A stretch of DNA of 38,710 bases, taken from Thermostichus sp. DRC_bins_24. Its GTDB lineage: Bacteria; Cyanobacteriota; Cyanobacteriia; Thermostichales; Thermostichaceae. The stretch spans positions 1 through 38,710 of the forward strand of contig JAUQVK010000079.1 of the NCBI GenBank assembly GCA_039794845.1. Reading direction: 5' to 3'. Shown in pieces: positions 31,374-38,710 of this stretch. Numbering within the stretch: the first letter of the stretch is position 1; every line of letters begins with the position of its first letter. The notes under the pieces were generated by a model. The model was given only the letters and a program-made list of their open reading frames with translations. It was not told where the DNA came from and did not search any database. The translations under genes were made by a program, and so were the position numbers.

Positions 31374-33260
31374 CTAGAACTTCTCGCCAATGCTGAAGTG
31401 CAGCTGACCCTGGCCCGCATCCCCCTGGCCAACGCCGTAGTCGATGCGCAGCGGCCCCAACGGCGATTGAATGCGAATGCCAGCCCCTATCCCCAGGCCA
31501 CTGCCAGGTTTGTTGCGGGCCAAGGCAGGGTTGCCGATCACCGCCGCCCCACTGCCCAAATCGGTGCCATAGTCGGCAAAGACCACTGCTCCCACGGGGT
31601 CGAAAATCGGGAAGCGCAACTCGGCGGTGGCGGTGGCAAAGCTGCGACCGGAGCCCACCCCCCCCTCAAAGAAGCCGCGCACAGAGTTGCCCCCCCCAAT
31701 GCCGAAGGCATCGTAGGGGGCCAAGTCGCCGATGGTTGTACCCGCCCGCACATCAAAAGCCAACACCTGGGGCCGGTCGCTGCGGGTTTCAAACAGCTCG
31801 ACAGGAATGAACTGGCTGTAGCTGGCCTCGAGACGATTGGCATTGAGGCCATTTTGGAACAGACGCACCGATTGCTCGGTAGAGATGCGAAAGACGGATC
31901 CCTGGCTGGGGGCGTTGCTGTTGTCGCGGGTATCGTTCACCAGACCGAAGCGCAGGGTGGTGTAGCTGTCTTGGCCACTCTCGCTGAAGGTGATTGGGTT
32001 GCCTAACACATCGAAGCGCTGCTGCTCGCCGTTGCTATCGCGGGCTTCCACAAACTGCACCCGAGTGCCCAAGCTGGCCCGCCAATTTTCCCCAATTGGG
32101 CGAGAGAAGGTCACCCCACCCCCAAGACGGTTGATGCGCACGGGATCCCCGTTGGGCAGGGTGAACCCCTCGTTGAAGACAAAACTGGAAGCCTGTTGAT
32201 TGGCCACGTTGACGTTGTAGGACGTGGGGATGTCCATCGTGGCAATTTGCGGATCCGTAAAGTTGAGGTCAAAGAGGGTTTCGGTGGTGCCCACCTGCAC
32301 GTTGAAGCTGGCGCTTTGGTTGTTGCCCCCCAGGTTTTGTTCCGAGAGGTTGAGGCCGGCAAACACCCCTGTGGCAGAGCTAACCCCCAAGGTGCCGCCC
32401 AGGGTGCCGGTGCGCCGCTCCTCCACATTGACCACCACCACCACCTTGTCAGGATCCTGGCCGGGGTTGAGGCCAACATTTACATCCTGAAACAGGTTCA
32501 GGTCGAAAACCGCCTGCAGATCTTCTTGAATTTGGTTGCGGTTAAAGACATCCCCCGGTTTGGACTGCAGCTCGCGGGTGATGATGAAGTCGCGGGTTTT
32601 GCTGTTGCCCTGGACGCGAATGTCTTCGATCTCCCCTTCGGCGATTTCTAGGATGATGGTGCCGTCTTCTGAGGAGCGCACATCCGTAACCTTGGCCAGC
32701 ACGTAGCCGTTGTCGGCGTACCACTGCTCGATATCCGCCACCCCAATTTGCAAATCGCCGAAATTGAGCACCCGGCCCTCTTGCTCCGCAAAGGCCTCGC
32801 GCAACACCTCGGGATCCAAAACCTTTGCCCCTTCCGTCCGCACCGCCCGCACCACCGGATTGGGCTGGACTTCAAACGTGACCCGTACCCCCAAAGGTGT
32901 ATCGGAAGGGATCGCCCGCACATCGGCAAAAAAGCCGGTGGCAAACACCGCATTGATGTCCTCCCGCAGTTGCGTCCGGGTGGAGATCTCGCCAGCACGG
33001 GTGCGAATGACGCTGTAAACCCGGTCGATCAGTTCCGGGTCTTCCGTGCCCTGAACCACCACTTCCGCCACCAAAACCTCCGGTTCGCCGGGCACGGGAG
33101 CGGTTGGGGAGGGTTGGGCGGGGGTATCGCCGCCGGTGCGCAGATCGAGGGTGCCCGGTTCGGGGGCCGATTGCGCCCAAGTGGGGGATCCCATCAGTAG
33201 GCTGATCCCACAGGTGAGAGCCGGAGCTAGCCAAAGGCAAAGTTGCCTGGAACGATTCAT
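31374..33260 (-). CDS. bamA: BamA/Omp85 outer-membrane assembly factor
   Basis: Signal peptide, POTRA repeats, GGGNSVRGF, and SPLGPLRIDYG...FSIGEKF; ATG at 33260. Confidence 0.92.
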   Translation of the reverse strand: MNRSRQLCLWLAPALTCGISLLMGSPTWAQSAPEPGTLDLRTGGDTPAQPSPTAPVPGEPEVLVAEVVVQGTEDPELIDRVYSVIRTRAGEISTRTQLREDINAVFATGFFADVRAIPSDTPLGVRVTFEVQPNPVVRAVRTEGAKVLDPEVLREAFAEQEGRVLNFGDLQIGVADIEQWYADNGYVLAKVTDVRSSEDGTIILEIAEGEIEDIRVQGNSKTRDFIITRELQSKPGDVFNRNQIQEDLQAVFDLNLFQDVNVGLNPGQDPDKVVVVVNVEERRTGTLGGTLGVSSATGVFAGLNLSEQNLGGNNQSASFNVQVGTTETLFDLNFTDPQIATMDIPTSYNVNVANQQASSFVFNEGFTLPNGDPVRINRLGGGVTFSRPIGENWRASLGTRVQFVEARDSNGEQQRFDVLGNPITFSESGQDSYTTLRFGLVNDTRDNSNAPSQGSVFRISTEQSVRLFQNGLNANRLEASYSQFIPVELFETRSDRPQVLAFDVRAGTTIGDLAPYDAFGIGGGNSVRGFFEGGVGSGRSFATATAELRFPIFDPVGAVVFADYGTDLGSGAAVIGNPALARNKPGSGLGIGAGIRIQSPLGPLRIDYGVGQGDAGQGQLHFSIGEKF

Positions 33261-33429
33261 GGGGATCCCTCGCACACCACTGGAATTGCAGAACTGGGTT
33301 AAAACGGGCGGCCGCCCACTAGGCGGACAATTGCTCTGAATTATATCAACCCAGATCCGGCCATTGGCCCCGACGGGATTGCGGACTTGGGCAGTCTTGA
33401 GTGCAAAAAGCGGCCTCCTCATCCATACT

Positions 33430-33780
33430 TTAGGGCAACCTCAGGGATCCCCTACAGTGGCCTCGACAAGGCTCGGGCAGCGGTTCTTGGGTTTCGTTAA
33501 CGATGATGATCAGGATTGGAGTAGGGGAAGGCGTGGGACGAGAAGAGCGGCTGCCACTGAGGCCCCAACTGCCCGAACGACGCGGCGCGGGTGCACTGGG
33601 CACAATCACAATATTGTTTTGAATGGTGGTGGCATTGCCAGGGCCGGTATTCACGGTGGTGGCGCTGCTGTCCAGGATCACCGTCTGCTGGGGAGGAGGG
33701 GTCTGGGCTAGAGCGGCTGGGGCAAACCCCAAGGCAAGCAGAGCCACTATCCCAGAGAGGGGTTTGGCGGGCAAGAACAT
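33430..33780 (-). CDS. Small secreted hypothetical protein
   Basis: Signal peptide (…APAALA|QT) followed by low-complexity T/N/P-rich sequence. Confidence 0.55.
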   Translation of the reverse strand: MFLPAKPLSGIVALLALGFAPAALAQTPPPQQTVILDSSATTVNTGPGNATTIQNNIVIVPSAPAPRRSGSWGLSGSRSSRPTPSPTPILIIIVNETQEPLPEPCRGHCRGSLRLP

Positions 33781-34207
33781 CGGGCATTCTCCAAAACCGG
33801 CGGGATCCCCTAACCCTAGCCCCTGCAGCCGGAAAAGGCCCCTCGAATCACCGCAAATGCAGCTGCGCGACAGGGATCCCGCTCTGTCGAGTCTCTCAAA
33901 AATTTTGCAGGTGTTGCCCACCCCCAAGATCGGTACTGAATCAGTAATGCTGGGATCCCACAGCAGTTTCCGCAGATCCACGTAGGGGATCCCTGGATTT
34001 CTCCGCTATTTCTCTCTGTTTTCACGAGAGAAAATCGGGTTTGATTTAACTAAGCCAAGATGTCAAGCCTGACAGGCAGAACGATGCACCCGTGTCAGGG
34101 GGGGTGTCTTGGGTCTGACATCCTGTGCACGCTTATGTCCCAATCTCTAGACAACGCCTCTCCCCCAGGTGTTGCTCCTTGTCTATTCAAATCAAAAGCC
34201 CTGCTCT

Positions 34208-37200
34208 ATGACCATGACCGCCTCCCCTATGGATACCCAACTGAAGGAGCTACAGAAAACCTTGTCGGTGAGGTTAGCTCCTCTCAAGGCTCGTGTGGTG
34301 CGAAAAGCGGCTGATCTGCATGTGTTGATCGAGTATCCCGGCGATCCCATTCCACCACGTTCTCAGCTGGTGCAGCAGGTGGCGAGTTGCTTGGTAGCAG
34401 AGCGCCCAGCTGAGATCGAGCGGCTAATCCTCTACGGACGGCAGGTAGGGCAAACCCAGGCGGAATGGCGCAAGGTGCTGCGGTTTTCGCGGCAGGGATC
34501 CGAGTCTGAGCAAACAGAGTTGGGGAGCAAGGAACTGCCCCCAGCCGAAATGGCTTCAGATCCGGCAGCAGCCGAAACAGCCCCGCCGGACTCCCCCGCC
34601 CCAGACCCCACCGAACCCGTTCTAGAGGGATCCCTTCCGAAGGCGCCGTCAAACCCAGAGCATCCCAGCCAGCCCCCTTTGGAAAAGCTCAGTGCGCTCT
34701 GGCATCGGCTACCCCAGCCCCAAGTCCTTAACCATCGGGGTGTACAACTGGCCTTAGGCGCGATCCTGCTGGGATCCCTGTTGGGGCTGGGGGCAACCTA
34801 CAAAATCTCCCGGGATGGGGAGTTGGCGGAACAAGGCTATCAACGGGGGTTGCAACTGGCCCAGGCGGAACGGTGGCAACAGGCGCTCGAGCAGTACGAG
34901 CTTGGATTGCGCCATCGCCCACGGGATCCCCGTCTACAGGCGGCGCTGCTGCATGCCCAAACCCGCCTCGACCAAGTCAGCAATCGCATTTCCCAGGCCC
35001 AAACCCAACTGGCCGCCGATCCGGGCAATACCGCCGTGCGCCTTGATTTGGCCAAGGCTTTCTACCAACAAGGTAACCTCAGTGCTGCCGCCAGCGAGTT
35101 GAGCACGCTGCTGTCTTTCGACCCGAACCATGCCCCCGCTCAGTTCCTACTGGCAGAAATCCACGCTGCTCAGGGCAACCCAGCCGCAGCCATCGAGCAG
35201 TACCGTGCTGCTCTAGCCGCCGATCCCCAACTTCCCGGTGCCCAGCGCCAATTGGGCATTGCCCTCCTACGCCAGGGCCAAACGGAAGCGGCCATCACCG
35301 CCCTGCAAACGGCCATTGCCCAAAACCCCAACGATGCCGAAGCCCACTTTCAACTGGGATCCGCCTACGCTCAGCAGGAAAATTGGGATCCGGCCCTGCG
35401 CCACTACCTGCAAGCGGCTCAACTGGACCCCGCCCATGTGGCTGCCCAAACACGACTGGGGCAATGGTTCTCAGCCCGGGGGTATGGCGAGGCTGCCCTC
35501 AGCTCCTTACGGGCGGCCGTACAGGCGGATCCCGACAATCCCCAGTTGCACTTGCAGTTGGGCAAGGCTCAGCAGGCTGCAGGAGATCTACGGGCTGCCC
35601 GCAGTAGCTACGAACGGGCCCTAGCCTTAGAGAGCAACCTCACCGAGGCTCGCTTCCAACTGGCCCAAGTTCAGTTGGCCCAAGATAACCCCGACGCCGC
35701 CATTCCCTTGCTCGAGCAGATCCTGCAGGTGGATCCCAATCATTGGCAAGCCCGGTCAGCGTTGGGCATGGCTTTGGCCGAACAAGCGCTGCAACAGGGG
35801 GGATCCCTGGATGCCGCCATTCAGCACCTGCAACAGGCCAGCCAGCAACAACCCACCCATGCCCTCACCCGCCGCTACCTGGGGCTGACCTTGGAACAAG
35901 CGGGCCGCCGAGAGGAAGCCATTGCCCAATTGCAAGAAGCCGTACGGTTGGATCCCAACGATGCCCAAGCCCAACGCCATCTGGGGCTTCTCCTGGCGCA
36001 GCAGGGGCAAACCCAAGCCGCTCTTGACCAACTGGAACGCTCCCTTGACCAGGATCCCACCAACCCCTCTGCCGTCGGATCCCGGGCGGTACTGCAAGTG
36101 AGTGTTGGGGGCCAGGCAGAACGGGAAAAACAGATCGCGGCCACCCTGGCCCGTCAATCCACCCCTAACCCCTCTCGTCTGAGTGCGGCCACAGAAACTC
36201 AAGCGGCCCGACAATTGAGACTGCAGATTCCCCTCAGTCGCTTGCAACCCTCCCCGGCCAGTCCTGCTGCGAACCCTCAGCCCCCTCAAACTCAGGATCA
36301 ACCCGCTGCGCCCCAGCAAGCCCAGGTGCCGCCTGCCCCCACCAGTGCCACCAGCGCTGCTACCCCTACCTACAGTCCCGGCGAAACAGTACCTCTACCC
36401 GGAGGATGGTTGGCTTGGATAACGGGAGGATTGTTGGGGATCCCGAGCCTGCTCAGCCTCACCTGGTTGGCCGGACGGCAACTGCGTCGTCGGAACTCAG
36501 GTGCTGCCGCTGCCATTGGACAAACCCCGAAAGACCAAGCCAGCCGCCACTACAGCCGTGCCCTTAAGCTGATCGACGGGGGGCAATTGAGCCAAGCCAT
36601 TGGGGCTTTGCAACAAACCTTAAGTGTTAATCCCAATATGGCCCCTGCCCATCTGCGACTGGGACAACTGCTCATCCAAACGGGGCAGCTGCAAAACGGG
36701 CTGGAGCACCTCTGGTCGGCGCGCAAGCTGGATCCCCGTCAACCGGATATCGATATGCATTTGGTCAAGGCTTTACTCACCCAGTCGCAACAGCTGCTAT
36801 CCCAACGGCAACCGGGGTTAGCCTTGGATTCCCTCAAGCTGGCCCTAACTCTGGACATTAAAGCTCCGAGGTTGCAGGCCCAAATTCACCAACTGCGGGG
36901 AGAAGCCCTAGCTCTGCAGAGCGAGGGAGCAGCGGCCCTAGAAGCCCTGACTCAAGCCCAGCGCCTAGCTCCCAAACAAGCAGAGATTCACATCAGCATG
37001 GCCAAGGTGAAAATCCTGCAGAAGCAGTACCAAGCTGCCATCGATCATTGCTGGGAAGCCCTAGCCCTTAATGATGCCCTGCCAGACGCACATCACCAAA
37101 TGGGCCTTGCCCTCTACCGGCTCGGACAACTGAAAGCAGCCATTGCCGCCTACCGCACCGCCCAGGCTCTCAATCCCGTGGCCTCACCCCAGCTCCTAAC

Positions 37201-37810
37201 AGACTACGGTCTGGCACTCATCCAAGCGGGCAATCTTGCTGAGGCCGGACAACAGTTTTCACAAGCATTGGTGCAGAATCCGAGCTTTGCCCCAGCTATT
37301 TACGGCATGGGTGCCATCCTCATGGCCCAAGAACACTTTTCAGAGGCCGAACGGCGTTTTCAACAGGCCCTCGAGCTAGACCCAGAGCTACAGGTTGCCA
37401 CCGCCGCTTTGGGGCTTCTACAACTGTCGCAGAAACAATCGGATAATTTCGGCAAACGCTTCATTAACTCCCGGCAAGCAGAGGCGGCAGCCCGCTACTT
37501 TGAGAGTGCTCTGCGTAAGGATCCCGATTTACCAGAAGCTCACTTCGGCCTCGGAGAATTGCAACGGGTGAAAGGAAACCTGATTTTCGCGGCCCAACGG
37601 TATCAAGAAGCCCTGGAGGTCAATAACAGCTATGTGGCAGCCCATTACCGTCTTGGTTCTGTGCAAGCTCGGTTGGGCAAGTTGGATCTGGCGATTGAGG
37701 AGTTCCGTCGGGCTTTGGAGTTGAACCCGAACTTGCCTGAGGCCCAGAAGTCCTTACACAAGTTGCTCTCTCGGCAGCCGGAAGATGTCCACACCGATAT
37801 TCTATTCTGA
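34208..37810 (+). CDS. Large TPR protein with two predicted TM segments
   Basis: Many TPR motifs in two blocks separated by a P/Q/A linker and a TM helix; another TM helix precedes the first block. Confidence 0.9.
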   Translation: MTMTASPMDTQLKELQKTLSVRLAPLKARVVRKAADLHVLIEYPGDPIPPRSQLVQQVASCLVAERPAEIERLILYGRQVGQTQAEWRKVLRFSRQGSESEQTELGSKELPPAEMASDPAAAETAPPDSPAPDPTEPVLEGSLPKAPSNPEHPSQPPLEKLSALWHRLPQPQVLNHRGVQLALGAILLGSLLGLGATYKISRDGELAEQGYQRGLQLAQAERWQQALEQYELGLRHRPRDPRLQAALLHAQTRLDQVSNRISQAQTQLAADPGNTAVRLDLAKAFYQQGNLSAAASELSTLLSFDPNHAPAQFLLAEIHAAQGNPAAAIEQYRAALAADPQLPGAQRQLGIALLRQGQTEAAITALQTAIAQNPNDAEAHFQLGSAYAQQENWDPALRHYLQAAQLDPAHVAAQTRLGQWFSARGYGEAALSSLRAAVQADPDNPQLHLQLGKAQQAAGDLRAARSSYERALALESNLTEARFQLAQVQLAQDNPDAAIPLLEQILQVDPNHWQARSALGMALAEQALQQGGSLDAAIQHLQQASQQQPTHALTRRYLGLTLEQAGRREEAIAQLQEAVRLDPNDAQAQRHLGLLLAQQGQTQAALDQLERSLDQDPTNPSAVGSRAVLQVSVGGQAEREKQIAATLARQSTPNPSRLSAATETQAARQLRLQIPLSRLQPSPASPAANPQPPQTQDQPAAPQQAQVPPAPTSATSAATPTYSPGETVPLPGGWLAWITGGLLGIPSLLSLTWLAGRQLRRRNSGAAAAIGQTPKDQASRHYSRALKLIDGGQLSQAIGALQQTLSVNPNMAPAHLRLGQLLIQTGQLQNGLEHLWSARKLDPRQPDIDMHLVKALLTQSQQLLSQRQPGLALDSLKLALTLDIKAPRLQAQIHQLRGEALALQSEGAAALEALTQAQRLAPKQAEIHISMAKVKILQKQYQAAIDHCWEALALNDALPDAHHQMGLALYRLGQLKAAIAAYRTAQALNPVASPQLLTDYGLALIQAGNLAEAGQQFSQALVQNPSFAPAIYGMGAILMAQEHFSEAERRFQQALELDPELQVATAALGLLQLSQKQSDNFGKRFINSRQAEAAARYFESALRKDPDLPEAHFGLGELQRVKGNLIFAAQRYQEALEVNNSYVAAHYRLGSVQARLGKLDLAIEEFRRALELNPNLPEAQKSLHKLLSRQPEDVHTDILF

Positions 37811-37862
37811 CGAGCTAAGACGTGTGGTGATGCTCAAGAAATAAAAACGATACACTTTCTGA

Positions 37863-37927
37863 CTCCCCTCTCCCACTCTAGGAGAGGGGCTACGGCTAGT
37901 GCCACGCTGCACAAAGGGGGTGAGGGC
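37863..37927. repeat. REP-like CCCCTCTCC..GGAGAGGGG..GGGGGTGAGGG element with a nested 25-nt insert
   Basis: CTCCCCTCTCC-CACTCTA-GGAGAGGGGC[TACGGCTAGTGCCACGCTGCACAAA]GGGGGTGAGGG. Confidence 0.6.
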
Positions 37928-38231
37928 AGGTGTTGCAAACTCAATTCAAAGGGCTACATCTCAAAAGTAGCTAGGCAATTCAACCGCTCCCCCCACCGCC
38001 TCAGGGAGCTACCTACCCTACACAGGATTCAAGAAACCCAGCGGTTCAACCTAGCCAGCCATCTCGGCTATTCATCACCCTGCGGGGCCAAGAGGCAATC
38101 TGAACTCTTTCACCCGAGCAAATCCTAGTCCTGACTTCAATATATTGCAAGTGCGCTGCAACACACTGAGTCAATCTTTAGATTTGCCGCTGTGATGTGC
38201 TGCATCAAGACTTAGTTTGAAGAAGAAGTAT

Positions 38232-38710
38232 TTAAGGGGTGGCTCCCTCCAGCCAGGAGGTGAGGTCAGCCAAGGTCTCAAACTCTAGCAAAGCTAGGCC
38301 CAATGCTTCTAAGCGTTCCACCGGCAACGAGCGAATCTGAGCCTCCAATGCGTCGGGCAGGGATCCCACTTTTTGCCTGAGTTGCCGGAGCGTGAGATGA
38401 GCGGCTTCTTGTTGGATCCCTTGGGTCAGCCCTTGTTGGATCCCTTGGGTGAGACCCTGTTGGATCCCCTCTTGGATCCCTCGGAGGAGCCCCCGTTGCT
38501 CACTTTCGGCCACCAACGCCTGATAGGTCACCGACTCCCGCATCACATCCTCCCGCAACAGCTGCCGCATCAGCTCTTTGTTAAAGCGTAATCCACCCAG
38601 CAGATAGGTGTAAGTGGCCAAGTGGGCCTGCTCCTGGGCGTTGGAGATGTTCTGGATCCCTGTCGCCACTTGCCGCAACAGCTCCTCTGGTTGCTCGGCC
38701 TTGGCCAACA
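38232..38710 (-). CDS. Rpn-family (PD-(D/E)XK-associated) protein, 3' part with a DUF4351-like C-terminus
   Basis: MRESVTYQ motif, (QQGLTQGI)n repeats, and LRQL..KVGSLP...IRSL..ERLEALG.ALLEF....DL..WL. Confidence 0.8.
   Translation of the reverse strand, partial: LAKAEQPEELLRQVATGIQNISNAQEQAHLATYTYLLGGLRFNKELMRQLLREDVMRESVTYQALVAESEQRGLLRGIQEGIQQGLTQGIQQGLTQGIQQEAAHLTLRQLRQKVGSLPDALEAQIRSLPVERLEALGLALLEFETLADLTSWLEGATP

Noticed and set aside
38410..38480. CRISPR-like or non-coding repeat array
   Set aside because: These are 12/24-bp in-frame coding repeats (QQGLTQGI) with no spacers and no cas genes.

Overview
Mostly core chromosome of a cyanobacterium, very likely a hot-spring Synechococcus/Thermostichus. 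The main clue is that GGGATCCC is highly iterated while I did not spot canonical HIP1 (GCGATCGC). Protein genes: psbD (5' end only), petM, panE-like, SDR, SphS/PhoR-like kinase, pedR plus partner, desC with a divergent TetR, mnmE, dps, ycf37, gpmI, the atp1-a-c-b'-b-delta-alpha-gamma operon, an SLH porin, guaB, a hydrolase, small Zn-ribbon genes, a Ser/Thr kinase, mrp/apbC, bamA, a large TPR protein and the 3' part of an Rpn-like gene. RNA genes: rnpB, ssrA, tRNA-Val and tRNA-Lys. The most striking unannotated signal is a layered set of non-coding mobile micro-elements. Four copies of a TA-flanked MITE-like element are present, one of which appears to have inserted into a TAA stop codon. They and two REP-like palindromes host a ~24-26-nt element, and one of those hosts a further 17-nt hairpin. 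Other notable points: an RNase P RNA with extra helices, a probable internal (RpnS-like) start in the Rpn gene, a Yfr1 target site on the porin, a cyclase remnant behind ssrA, a gluconokinase stub fused to a Zn-ribbon gene, and many 9-16 bp tandem duplications at gene edges. All calls are by eye; no searches were run.
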